64,000 nt of DNA from an uncultured Patescibacteria group bacterium (GTDB lineage Bacteria > Patescibacteriota > Microgenomatia > UBA1400 > PJMF01), in the NCBI GenBank assembly GCA_905478415.1, contig CAJQIG010000004.1:267523-331522 (forward strand), read 5' to 3'. The number at the start of each line of letters is the position of its first letter. Within the stretch, counting starts at the first letter, position 1. A program made the translations under genes and the position numbers. This document shows positions 41,172 through 51,015 of this stretch, one piece after another. Below the pieces are notes generated by a model. The model was not told the DNA's origin and did not search any database. It saw nothing but the letters and a program-made list of their open reading frames with translations.

Positions 41172-41861
41172 CTACCAAGCATGAACTAAGAGCACCATTC
41201 CCCAAATAGCTTGAGAAAGCACCAGTGCATATGCATTCTTTCGGTCATAAAAGAGCAGTGCTTGGCCCAGACCAAAGAGCCCTAAAATAAAAATCTGTGA
41301 AACAATCTGCATTCCTGAAAATCGTAAAAATATATTTGGAATATGGAAGAGTAAGAAAATACTGGCTGTCATCATAACCATCTTGAGCATTGACCATTTT
41401 TTGTACTTTTCCATCAGCACTGTCATCACAAAACTGAAGAATAACAGTGTTTCCCAGAAACTAGTCAACAGTGCCAAACTGAATTCTTTCCAGAACTCAG
41501 GTGAATCAAAGAGAGCTACTGCTTCAACCACCGCGCCACTTTGAGAGAGCGCTAAAATTGACATCACAAAACCATAAATACCGCCAATTGCAATTCCTAA
41601 CATTAGGCCTTCCCGAAGTTTAAAGGAAGCAAAACTGTCAGTTATTTTTTCAAATCCAGTAACGGTGACATACACCCAAACTGGTAATCCGAAGAAGATT
41701 GCCTTCCCCACCGTTTCATCAAACCAAACAGGAAAAATAAATAAACTCCTATACAACAACCAAAGAATTAAAACGAGCGTCAGCAACGGAAAGAAGATAA
41801 CGTGTCTTGAAACGACCGCTGTGGTTCTTTTTTTCCGTGTGTTATTTTTTTGTGATGGCAT
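41172..41861 (-). CDS. CPBP/CAAX-protease-like membrane protein (degenerate motifs)
   Basis: Multi-TM; WETLLFFSF, FLLFHIP and LSQAIWG at the positions of the EExxFR, FxxxH and HxxxN motifs. Confidence 0.65.
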   Translation of the reverse strand: MPSQKNNTRKKRTTAVVSRHVIFFPLLTLVLILWLLYRSLFIFPVWFDETVGKAIFFGLPVWVYVTVTGFEKITDSFASFKLREGLMLGIAIGGIYGFVMSILALSQSGAVVEAVALFDSPEFWKEFSLALLTSFWETLLFFSFVMTVLMEKYKKWSMLKMVMMTASIFLLFHIPNIFLRFSGMQIVSQIFILGLFGLGQALLFYDRKNAYALVLSQAIWGMVLLVHAW

Positions 41862-42474
41862 CTAAAACTATTTTTAGGGTTTCCTGTTGGTTGTGTGAAT
41901 ACGTATCTATAATTACATCGTAAAGTTCTGGGCGCCAAAAATCAATTGGATCTTCTGCACTCACCGTGCCCGGTTTGACCACCCATTCACGCCATTCCTG
42001 CTTATACATGCGCGTCCACTTGGCTAAATTCTCAGCATATCGCTTGTTCATGTTCGCAATTGCATCTTCTGCTCGCACATTATCTCTATTGACCACACGA
42101 TCAACTTTGACAGCTTTATCGGTACATGTCATCAGAACTTTGAGTGTGCCAGGAACTTGTTGAGCCATAAATCCAGAGAGCCAAGACTCTAAAATCCAGT
42201 ATTCTCCTTCGGATAATTTTGCTCGCATCCCCATATCGACTTCTCTATCAAAATCATCTTCATAATGGGTTGAACTGTGATGTAAGTTCCCATTTTCCTG
42301 GAACAAGCCTTTTTCTTTTGCATAGGCGCGCATAAACTCACCGCCACTAAAACCAGTCCAACCACCAAATTTGAGGATGTTGTTTCTTTTAAGAAGTTTT
42401 AACAAAGTAGTCGAACCACTCCCTGGAAGTCCAGAAATGGTAATGTTTTTATAAGCATACTTTTTTTTCGGCAT
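41842..42474 (-). CDS. Cytidylate kinase-like NMP kinase (archaeal-type Cmk family)
   Basis: ITISGLPGSGSTT, SGGEFMR, DREVD, ILESWLSG, YDVIIDT. Confidence 0.8.
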   Translation of the reverse strand: MPKKKYAYKNITISGLPGSGSTTLLKLLKRNNILKFGGWTGFSGGEFMRAYAKEKGLFQENGNLHHSSTHYEDDFDREVDMGMRAKLSEGEYWILESWLSGFMAQQVPGTLKVLMTCTDKAVKVDRVVNRDNVRAEDAIANMNKRYAENLAKWTRMYKQEWREWVVKPGTVSAEDPIDFWRPELYDVIIDTYSHNQQETLKIVLDAITKK

Positions 42475-42567
42475 CCTGTTCTCTTCCTAAGTACAGTTTT
42501 TACGAATAGACTCCTTTCTGAAGACAAGGAGTCTGATACAAACAAATTATAGTCCTATTATACCCAC

Positions 42568-43047
42568 TCAAGAACTACTACACAAGATTGCTACGCGAAT
42601 TGCTGATAGCACTTTTTCCAAACGCCTTTGTGTTTCTTCTAAAGTCATTCTTGAATCCTTTAGTGGAAAGAAGTGAAAAACTTGATTACGACAAACAAGC
42701 CAAGTGTCCCACAGCTCAATGGCAACTTCTGTGCCACAGTGTTTTGAGACGTCGTCATAGAGCCAGTATTCGTCTCTACCTTTTGGATGAATATCTGGGT
42801 TGAGAGCTCGACCAATACGAAACCGCTTGCCTTCGTATGTTTTCTTTGAAATCAGACCTTGTGTAAAAAAATAATGTTTTAGAAATCCTTCATATGCTTT
42901 GGCTGCCGAAAAAAGAACGAATGAATAGTCGGAGTATGCTGTTTGCTCTTCAACTTCGCGTTGAAACAAGTCAAGCGAAAGCCTGAGTAGTTCTTGCGGT
43001 CTCCGAGGAATCTGAGCAAACCAGTGCTCGGTGGTAATTTCATGCAT
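42568..43047 (-). CDS. Stand-alone HEPN-domain protein (RnlA/LsoA C-terminal-like)
   Basis: DYSFVLF..AKAYEGFLK and RNQVFH (RxxxxH); start refined to MHEIT. Confidence 0.65.
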   Translation of the reverse strand: MHEITTEHWFAQIPRRPQELLRLSLDLFQREVEEQTAYSDYSFVLFSAAKAYEGFLKHYFFTQGLISKKTYEGKRFRIGRALNPDIHPKGRDEYWLYDDVSKHCGTEVAIELWDTWLVCRNQVFHFFPLKDSRMTLEETQRRLEKVLSAIRVAILCSSS

Positions 43048-43171
43048 ACTAAACACTATACTACAGCCTCAATCTAGGACCAGACTCGAAATAACGTTCC
43101 AACTGAGAAAATCTTTGATACACTATACTAAACCACAATACAGCAATGGTATACTTGTGTGTCAAGACACT

Positions 43172-45568
43172 ATGAAACATTTTTTCACCACACTAAAAAG
43201 AAAAATCAGAAGAAAGAAAAAAGCCTATACCTTTCAGGAAATTCTTTTAGGCAGTACCGAAGAAATTAAAGAACGTAAAAAACGTTTCGCTCACTTTCCC
43301 AAACCACTCAGGATCCTCTTCATTGTGCTCTTCAGCCCAATCTCTTGGCTCCTCTTATCATTCTTTTTCTTACTTACCGTTGTCGGCTTACTCTATCTTT
43401 TAAAGGATTTGCCTTCGCCTCGAAGAATCACTCAAGGAAATGAAAACTTTGCCGTCAGTAGTCAAATTTTTGATCGAAACGGAACCCTCCTCTACGAAGT
43501 ATTTGCTGACGAAAATCGCATTCCAATAAAAGTAGATGACTTACCTCCTTATGTGTACCAAGCTTCAATTGCTATTGAAGATAAAAACTTCTACTCTCAC
43601 TTTGGGTTTGACCTTGTAGGAATTACCCGCGCTATCAAAACAAACTTAGAAGGGGGTCGACTCGAAGGCGGTTCAACCATCACCCAACAGCTTGTAAAAA
43701 ATGCACTCCTGACCAGAGAACGATCAATTCAGAGAAAACTCAAGGAGGCCATTCTAGCTGTGTTCACCGAAATAATTTATTCTAAAGAAGAAATTCTAGA
43801 AATGTACCTTAACTACATCTCGTATGGCGGCACATCGCTGGGTATTGAATCGGCAGCTCAAACCTACTTTGGAAAACCCGCAGCCGAACTCAGCCTTGCC
43901 GAATCAGCCCTCTTAGCTGGCCTGCCACAAGCCCCTAGTCGCTATTCACCTTTTGGCTCTGACCCACTAGCCGCTAAAAATCGCCAACAAGAAGTGCTCA
44001 GAAGAATGGTTGAGGATGGTTATATTACTGAGTTGCAAGCAGTAGAAGCTCAAGCTGAAATTTTAAACTATGCAATTTCCCAAACTGACATCAAAGCCCC
44101 CCATTTTGTCTTTTATGTCAGAGATCTGCTCTTTGACATGTTTGGCGAAGAAACCGTCCAAACTGGAGGACTCAGAGTCTATACAACGCTTGACCTTGAC
44201 CTTCACGAAGTTGCTCAAGCCTCACTGTCAGCCGAAATTGATCGCTTGGACCGCTACCGAGTTGGCAATGGTGCCGCCCTTATTCTCAAACCAAACACTG
44301 GTGAAATTTTAAGCATGATCGGCTCGAAAGATTACTTTGATGCTACTGACGAAGGTCAAGTCAATGTTACCCTTGCGCAACGCCAACCAGGTTCTTCCAT
44401 TAAACCAATTATGTATGCAACCGCTATGGAGCTTAAAGAACTTAATCCTGGCTCAGTTTTAGTTGATACACCCACCTGTTTCACAGTTCCTGGTCAAAAA
44501 CCATACTGTCCCAAAAACTATGACGGCTCTTACAAGGGACCCGTCACCATTAGAGATTCGATTGGAAACTCACTTAACATCCCCGCTGTCAAAGCCCTCA
44601 GAATTATTGGTGTCGAACCGTTCATGATCCAAGCAACCAAAATGGGTATTACTGGTTGGGATAACCCGGCCAACTATGGACTCTCTCTGACATTGGGCGG
44701 TGGTGAAGTCAGAATGATAGACTTAGCCCAAGCTTTTAGTGTTTTGGCAGACCAAGGTGTCAAAGTCCCTCTCACCCCAATCCTCAAAATTGAAGATTAC
44801 AAAGGAAACATCCTCCAAACCTTTGATCCTGAAGAAATGAAAGAAACACTAGAGTACTTAAACCAACACGAAACAGTACTAGAAAAAAATGGGGCAACTC
44901 GAGTTATGCATCGTGCTCCTGCCTACCTCACCAGCCACATTATGCAAGATAACAATGCTCGAAAACTTGCCTTCGGCCCACGCTCTGAACTCGTCATCCC
45001 CAACCAAGTGGTCAGTGCGAAAACAGGCACTACTAATGATCTCAAGGATAACTGGACTGTTGGCTTTACACCTGACTTTCTAACCATTACCTGGGTTGGA
45101 AATAATGACAGTTCACCAATGAACCCCTATCTTGTCAGTGGTGTAACTGGGGCCGCACCAATCTGGAATGACATTATGTCTTACATCCTCAGAGACAAAG
45201 AACCAAATTGGCAGGAAAAACCGGAAGATGTTGCTAGTGGGTTTGTTTGTGCTTCGGGATTTCCAAGTAGCTCTCAAGACCAATGTCAGGGTCGTTACAC
45301 AGAACTCTATTGGGCAGAGAGCAATCCATCATATGCTCGTCTCGTCAAAGAAAATGTCTGGATTAACCCTCAGACAGGACTCCCTCCAGAACCAGGACAG
45401 CAAGTTGATGGCCTGATTCTTCAAGAAAGAACTATCTATGCTGACCCACTCACCTTTGAAAATCAATACTGCGAAGATTGTGTCAGAGCCACCTCGGAAG
45501 ATGGTAAAACTCAATATGAACAACGAGTTGTTCCAAATACACTTCCGGTCAAACACGTGGACGAATAA
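43172..45568 (+). CDS. Class A penicillin-binding protein (transglycosylase/transpeptidase)
   Basis: EDKNFYSH, GGSTITQQLVKN, QPGSSIKP, SLN, KTGT; start refined to ATG 43172. Confidence 0.96.
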   Translation: MKHFFTTLKRKIRRKKKAYTFQEILLGSTEEIKERKKRFAHFPKPLRILFIVLFSPISWLLLSFFFLLTVVGLLYLLKDLPSPRRITQGNENFAVSSQIFDRNGTLLYEVFADENRIPIKVDDLPPYVYQASIAIEDKNFYSHFGFDLVGITRAIKTNLEGGRLEGGSTITQQLVKNALLTRERSIQRKLKEAILAVFTEIIYSKEEILEMYLNYISYGGTSLGIESAAQTYFGKPAAELSLAESALLAGLPQAPSRYSPFGSDPLAAKNRQQEVLRRMVEDGYITELQAVEAQAEILNYAISQTDIKAPHFVFYVRDLLFDMFGEETVQTGGLRVYTTLDLDLHEVAQASLSAEIDRLDRYRVGNGAALILKPNTGEILSMIGSKDYFDATDEGQVNVTLAQRQPGSSIKPIMYATAMELKELNPGSVLVDTPTCFTVPGQKPYCPKNYDGSYKGPVTIRDSIGNSLNIPAVKALRIIGVEPFMIQATKMGITGWDNPANYGLSLTLGGGEVRMIDLAQAFSVLADQGVKVPLTPILKIEDYKGNILQTFDPEEMKETLEYLNQHETVLEKNGATRVMHRAPAYLTSHIMQDNNARKLAFGPRSELVIPNQVVSAKTGTTNDLKDNWTVGFTPDFLTITWVGNNDSSPMNPYLVSGVTGAAPIWNDIMSYILRDKEPNWQEKPEDVASGFVCASGFPSSSQDQCQGRYTELYWAESNPSYARLVKENVWINPQTGLPPEPGQQVDGLILQERTIYADPLTFENQYCEDCVRATSEDGKTQYEQRVVPNTLPVKHVDE

Positions 45569-45600
45569 AATCGTGCTATGCTACACAAAAAAGTAGAGTC

Positions 45601-46884
45601 ATGCAAAAACTGTTTAAAAAAGAAACGCTACCAGGTGCACCAAAGCCAAAACCTCAAAAACCACACCGTTTTTTCACAAAAATAAAGGTTAGCGTCTTAC
45701 TTTTTTTAACGCTCTTATTTGCCTTTCTCGTCACTGTCTGGTTCTTTGCTGAGGAACCGCTCATGTCCCCAATTAATTCTTTAACCAGTTTTAGTTTCTT
45801 GAGAAGTCCAAGTCATGACCCTGAAAACAAAAAAGTTATCTATGGATTTTTACCGTACTGGAACTTAAAAAAAACAATTATCCAACCCGAGCTCACCCAC
45901 CTCTCATATTTTGGCCTCACTATTGGCGGGGATGGATCACTGCTTACCTCTACAGATGAAGGAACAGAACCAGGCTTTAATAAACTCAAATCAGACGATT
46001 TGCTCACTCTGAGCAACGAGACTCTGGGCCAAGGCGGTGAAGTCGAACTCGTCCTCTCCCAATTTAACGGAAACGACATTACAAATTTCCTTGCAAGTGA
46101 AAAGGCTCAAGATACGCTGTTCGCCTCACTTGATAGTGTCCTGCTCGCATATCCATTCAGTGGTATCAACATTGATATTGAGTTAAACGGTTCGGCTACG
46201 CCACAGATGCAAACCCAATTTACTGAGTTCATGAAAAAACTTCGTCAACATATTGACCATACCTATACTGACATTACTATTAGTGTGGATATGTATGCCA
46301 GCGGCATTGAGGGCGGACAAATCTGGGATGCTGAGGCTCTCGCTCAAGAGGTAGATTATATTGTTGTCATGGCATATGACTTTCACCGACGGCAGTCAGC
46401 TCAAGCTGGACCAGTGGCTCCACTTTTTGGAGGCAAGGATGTCTGGGAAAACGATATCAACACCTACCTACAAAAATTTTTAATTGTTGTCCCTGCCGAA
46501 AAAATTCTGCTCGGCATTCCTTTTTATGGATACGAGTGGCAAACCACTTCTCGCGATTCTCGCTCTCACACCTTCCCAGACACCGGGAGCACAGCCAGTT
46601 ACGAACGAGTCCAAGAACTCCTTAAAAAATCAGAAGAACTCAAAGTCGAAGAAGGTTGGAATGAAGATGCACTCTCCCCCTACATTTCATACGTTGAAGA
46701 CAATGAAATTTTTGTAGTGTATTACGAAAACTCTCGTTCTATCTCGTATAAACTAGATTATGTTAATCAACTTGACTTGGGTGGAGTAGCCATTTGGGCA
46801 CTCGGGTATGAAGGTTCTTCAAGAGAACTTTGGGAAGTTATTCATAATAAAGTGTCAAACCCGATCGCAACTCCTTCTAAATAG
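45601..46884 (+). CDS. Membrane-anchored GH18 glycoside hydrolase
   Basis: YGFLPYW, GINIDIE, VMAYDF, LGIPFYG, GGVAIWALG. Confidence 0.9.
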   Translation: MQKLFKKETLPGAPKPKPQKPHRFFTKIKVSVLLFLTLLFAFLVTVWFFAEEPLMSPINSLTSFSFLRSPSHDPENKKVIYGFLPYWNLKKTIIQPELTHLSYFGLTIGGDGSLLTSTDEGTEPGFNKLKSDDLLTLSNETLGQGGEVELVLSQFNGNDITNFLASEKAQDTLFASLDSVLLAYPFSGINIDIELNGSATPQMQTQFTEFMKKLRQHIDHTYTDITISVDMYASGIEGGQIWDAEALAQEVDYIVVMAYDFHRRQSAQAGPVAPLFGGKDVWENDINTYLQKFLIVVPAEKILLGIPFYGYEWQTTSRDSRSHTFPDTGSTASYERVQELLKKSEELKVEEGWNEDALSPYISYVEDNEIFVVYYENSRSISYKLDYVNQLDLGGVAIWALGYEGSSRELWEVIHNKVSNPIATPSK

Positions 46885-46973
46885 TCTTTTCTAGTACTTA
46901 CGGTATTTTATTGTCTCTTGGTCTATGTTATTATCAGCACAGACAGTCAACAAAGCCGTACATTCAGCATTTC

Positions 46974-49328
46974 ATGGAGAAGCATACATTCAACTCACCG
47001 TTTTTAGATTTTTATTGCAAAAAATGCTCTCAATCCTTTGCACTTCTCTACTTCTACAAGCACTACAAACGCACTCAAAAACAAGCATTACTTAAGAAAA
47101 AAGCTGCTTCAAATCGAAGACGTTGGAAAAGAAAGCTTGCAAGCCTACAACAACTACTGCCAAAGAAAAAACGTAAGCGAGGACGGCCAAAGAAGAGAAT
47201 CAATCTCTGGCAACGCTTCACAACTACGTTCATATTCGACTATTTTTCATCATTTTTTATTACTTTAAAAGTATTTCCGGTAGCTGTGTTTTCTGTACTT
47301 CTGATTGCTATAGGAATTTTAGGTGGCATACAAGTTACTTATACCGAAATTTTTGAAGATCTCCCGGTACCAGAGGAGCTCACAAGTTCCCCATTACCAG
47401 TATCAACAAAAATATTAGATCGAAATGGGCACATTCTGTATAGTATTTATGAAGAAGAAAACAGAACCATTATTCCGCTCACAAAAATTCCAGTCTCACT
47501 TATCCAAGCAACTATCGCCATTGAAGACCAAGATTTTTATAACCATTATGGTTTTTCTCTAAGAGGTATTATTCGAGCTTTTCTTGCAAACCAACAAGGC
47601 AGCTCAACTCAAGGTGGATCGACACTGACACAACAACTGGTTAAAAACCGACTCCTTTCGCCAGAAAGAACTCTGAGAAGAAAAATAAGAGAACTCATCG
47701 TATCCATTCTTGTCGAAACAACCTATTCCAAAAATGAAATTTTAGAGATGTACCTTAACCAAGTCCCCTACGGAGGCTCGACCTATGGAATCGAAGAAGC
47801 CTCGCAAAAATTTTTCGGTAAGAGTGCTCAGTACCTCACCCTGAGTGAAAGCGCGCTCATTGCTGGCCTACCAGCAGCTCCCACAATTTTTTCGCCCTAC
47901 GGATCAAACCCTGAGCTAGCAAAAAATCGCCAAGTTGAAGTACTGCGTCGCATGGCCGAGGAAGGCTTTATCTCACAGGAAACTGCCGAAGCGGCGGCGG
48001 CTGAAGACCTACATCTCACCAAGAACACAATCGACATAGAAGCCCCACATTTTGTTATGTACATTCGGTCACTACTTTCAGAACGATATGGCGAAGAGGC
48101 ACTCAACAACAACGGCCTCATCATCACAACTACGCTCGACTTGCCAACACAAAACGCAGCCCAAAAAATTGTAACCGAAGAAGTGGGAAAAATTGCCCGA
48201 CTTAGAGTAAGTAATGGAGCAGCCCTCGTCACCAATCCTCAAACTGGTGAGGTTTTGGCTATGGTTGGGAGTGCAAACTACTTTGATTTTGAACATGATG
48301 GTCAAGTAAATGTCACCCTTCGACCTCGTCAACCAGGCTCATCTATTAAACCTCTCACCTATGCGCTCGCACTTGAAAAAGGAGCCACTCCTGCAACATA
48401 TATCGATGATGCTCCAATTACTTACACCAGTAAAGGCTCACCCCCCTATAGTCCTAAAAACTATGATGGTAAGTATCACGGTCAAGTTACTCTGCGGGAG
48501 TCTCTTGCCTCCTCATACAATATCCCAGCAGTAAAAACGTTGGCAGATGTCGGAGTACCAACGATGCTTGAAAGAGCCCCCGATTTTGGTATTACAACCT
48601 GGGATGACCCTCGCCGCTTTGGACTGTCACTAACCTTGGGAGGTGGTGAAATTTTAATGACTCAAATGGCTGAGCTCTACGGCACTTTTGCAAACGAGGG
48701 CAAACATTTGTACTTGAACCCCATTATCGAAGTTAAAACCTATGATGGTACCATTCTCTACCAAAATATCTGTGTCCTCGAAAAAAAGTGCCAATCTCAA
48801 GAAGCTATTAAACCAACTATTGCCTACCAGATTACCGATATTCTCAAAGATAACCAGGCCCGCACTCCAGCTTTTGGACCTCAATCAACACTTTCCATTC
48901 CCGGCCAAGAAGTCGCTGTCAAAACAGGAACCACAAATAACCTTCGAGATAACTGGACTATTGGATATACCTCAGATCGCTTAGTTGCTGTTTGGGTTGG
49001 TAATAATGATAATTCATCCATGAGTTACGTAGCGTCCGGAATTACAGGAGCATCTCCTATCTGGAATAACATTATGAGAACTCAATTGGATGAAGAAAAT
49101 CCACATGTATTCACAGTCCCAACAGGAATAACCTTTGCAGAAATTTGTGCTCGAACATCAATGGGGATGAGAAAATACAGTGAAGCATTCTTACTTGGAA
49201 GTAAAATAGAACCGCGGTGCTTCACTAAAGAAAACACTTTTTTACCTCCCATAAAAGAAGCGGTTCCTCAACTTTACCAAGAAAATACCCATAGTAATAC
49301 TACAAGAACCAGATTAACGCCCCAATAA
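46974..49328 (+). CDS. Second class A penicillin-binding protein
   Basis: EDQDFYNH, GGSTLTQQLVKN, QPGSSIKP, SYN, KTGT; start uncertain (ATG 46974). Confidence 0.95.
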   Translation: MEKHTFNSPFLDFYCKKCSQSFALLYFYKHYKRTQKQALLKKKAASNRRRWKRKLASLQQLLPKKKRKRGRPKKRINLWQRFTTTFIFDYFSSFFITLKVFPVAVFSVLLIAIGILGGIQVTYTEIFEDLPVPEELTSSPLPVSTKILDRNGHILYSIYEEENRTIIPLTKIPVSLIQATIAIEDQDFYNHYGFSLRGIIRAFLANQQGSSTQGGSTLTQQLVKNRLLSPERTLRRKIRELIVSILVETTYSKNEILEMYLNQVPYGGSTYGIEEASQKFFGKSAQYLTLSESALIAGLPAAPTIFSPYGSNPELAKNRQVEVLRRMAEEGFISQETAEAAAAEDLHLTKNTIDIEAPHFVMYIRSLLSERYGEEALNNNGLIITTTLDLPTQNAAQKIVTEEVGKIARLRVSNGAALVTNPQTGEVLAMVGSANYFDFEHDGQVNVTLRPRQPGSSIKPLTYALALEKGATPATYIDDAPITYTSKGSPPYSPKNYDGKYHGQVTLRESLASSYNIPAVKTLADVGVPTMLERAPDFGITTWDDPRRFGLSLTLGGGEILMTQMAELYGTFANEGKHLYLNPIIEVKTYDGTILYQNICVLEKKCQSQEAIKPTIAYQITDILKDNQARTPAFGPQSTLSIPGQEVAVKTGTTNNLRDNWTIGYTSDRLVAVWVGNNDNSSMSYVASGITGASPIWNNIMRTQLDEENPHVFTVPTGITFAEICARTSMGMRKYSEAFLLGSKIEPRCFTKENTFLPPIKEAVPQLYQENTHSNTTRTRLTPQ

Positions 49329-49491
49329 GAACTGTCAAAAATAGTAAAAAAGGTGCAACCATTTTTTCCAACTTTTCTGCTCGCTGCTTCTTCCGCTTGA
49401 GTTCTTTACGCTCTTCACGAAGCCGCTCCTTTTCAAGCTTTCGCTCTTCAATCTCATCAGTTAACGCTTCAATTTCTCTAGGTGTTGGCAT
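49300..49491 (-). CDS. Small coiled-coil protein with a C-terminal TM helix
   Basis: 63 aa from MPTPRE; directly follows cmk. Confidence 0.6.
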   Translation of the reverse strand: MPTPREIEALTDEIEERKLEKERLREERKELKRKKQRAEKLEKMVAPFLLFLTVLIGALIWFL

Positions 49492-49498
49492 AATATTT

Positions 49499-50224
49499 TT
49501 AATGGTTAACAGTAGCTTGGGAACCTTGTACAGACTGCATGACACGAACCTTATTCACAATCAGCTCAACAACTTGGCCTATTTTTAAGTCACTCGTATC
49601 TATGACCCAGGCGTCATCAACAATCCTGAGTGGATCATTCACTCGTTCCATATCATTATGGTCTCGAATTTTAAGTTCTTTAAAAACTTCTTCGTACGTA
49701 ACATACTCTCCGTGTTGCAAACTTTGAAGGTGGCGACGCTTGGCTCTCACCACATCAGAACCTGTTAAGTAAATTTTTAAGTTGGCATCTGGCAACACAC
49801 GGTAAGTTATATCTCGACCTTCCATAACCACATCTTGAGCTCTTGCAATAATCTGCTGCTTCTCAACAAGAACTTGTCTTACTCTTGGCAGGCGTGCTAC
49901 CAAAGATACTTTTGAACTAATTTTTTCTGTTCTAATTGCCCAAGAGACGTCCTTTTTATCCACTAACACCGTTGTTAATCGACCATCTTTTTCATACTCA
50001 GTAGGATTCCTCATCTCGATGAAACCAGAGCGGATGAGTCGAACAATGGCATCTTCATTAGCAAGATCTGTCCCTGCCTCAATTGCCATAAGTGTAGCAA
50101 CACGATACATAGCGCCAGTATCGACGTACAGAAAACCTAACTGGTCAGCCACAAGACGAGAGATCGTGCCTTTTCCAGCCGCAACAGGACCATCAATAGC
50201 AATCTCAAAATGGCTAGAGGACAT
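49499..50224 (-). CDS. cmk: Cytidylate kinase (bacterial type)
   Basis: IAIDGPVAAGKGT, DTGAMYR, VMEGRDI, RAKRR. Confidence 0.95.
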   Translation of the reverse strand: MSSSHFEIAIDGPVAAGKGTISRLVADQLGFLYVDTGAMYRVATLMAIEAGTDLANEDAIVRLIRSGFIEMRNPTEYEKDGRLTTVLVDKKDVSWAIRTEKISSKVSLVARLPRVRQVLVEKQQIIARAQDVVMEGRDITYRVLPDANLKIYLTGSDVVRAKRRHLQSLQHGEYVTYEEVFKELKIRDHNDMERVNDPLRIVDDAWVIDTSDLKIGQVVELIVNKVRVMQSVQGSQATVNH

Positions 50225-50226
50225 AG

Positions 50227-50466
50227 TTATTTCTTTTTAGAGGTTCTTTTTTTAGTTTTCTTTGCAGCTTTTTTTGGTGTTTTCTTTGTCGAAGTGTCAA
50301 CAATCCATTCTTCACGATCAGATGTTAACAGTCCACCAAGTCCAACTACAATCAAAATAATCGGCCATAAATTCCAAAATGCTCGAGGTAACATGCCGAG
50401 GTTTGAAGCTAAGAAAATGAGACCTAAAATTACCATTGCTACTGGCCAAAAAACATTTTTAGGCAT
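50227..50466 (-). CDS. Small membrane protein (LiaI/LiaF-like TM region) with a Lys-rich tail
   Basis: LGLIFLASNLG..LWPIILIVVGL pattern. Confidence 0.75.
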   Translation of the reverse strand: MPKNVFWPVAMVILGLIFLASNLGMLPRAFWNLWPIILIVVGLGGLLTSDREEWIVDTSTKKTPKKAAKKTKKRTSKKK

Positions 50467-50539
50467 ATGTGACTCCTTTTTTATAGGTACGTACTAAACT
50501 ACAGGTTTAAATAAGTATAATCAAAACTAAACAAGAATA

Positions 50540-50980
50540 CTAGCTATATTTTATTTCTCTTGCTAAGTCCCGAGCTTGATCTCTCTTTTTGATTCTTTCT
50601 CGCTTCTCGTACTTCTTAAGTCCTCGTCCCACCGCTACTTTAACCTTAATAAGGTTTCCTTTGAGTTCAATGCTCAGTGGAACTAACACAATTTTTTTCT
50701 GTTCTTCTGCTGAACTCAACTGAGAAATTTCTTTTTTCGTTACTAATAACTTACGCGTCCGCTTAGGATCATAAGAGCTTTGATCTGCAAACGAATAAGG
50801 TGAAATTTGAGCATTAATCAAGAAAAGCTCATTTTGTAAAATTTTGACATAACTCCCCATCAAACTTCCTTGACGCAAACGAAGACTTTTGACTTCAGCG
50901 CCAGAAAGGACAATACCAGCATAAAAGGTTTTGCTAATATCGTATTCAGAGCGGGCTTTTTTATTCGAAACTAATACCAT
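50540..50980 (-). CDS. smpB: SsrA-binding protein
   Basis: NKKARSEY, AGIVLSGAEVKSLR, RTRKLL, GLKKYEKRE; start refined to ATG 50980. Confidence 0.97.
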   Translation of the reverse strand: MVLVSNKKARSEYDISKTFYAGIVLSGAEVKSLRLRQGSLMGSYVKILQNELFLINAQISPYSFADQSSYDPKRTRKLLVTKKEISQLSSAEEQKKIVLVPLSIELKGNLIKVKVAVGRGLKKYEKRERIKKRDQARDLAREIKYS

Positions 50981-51015
50981 ACCGACCATTATACCAGGGA
51001 ACTGAGGAAGTAAGA

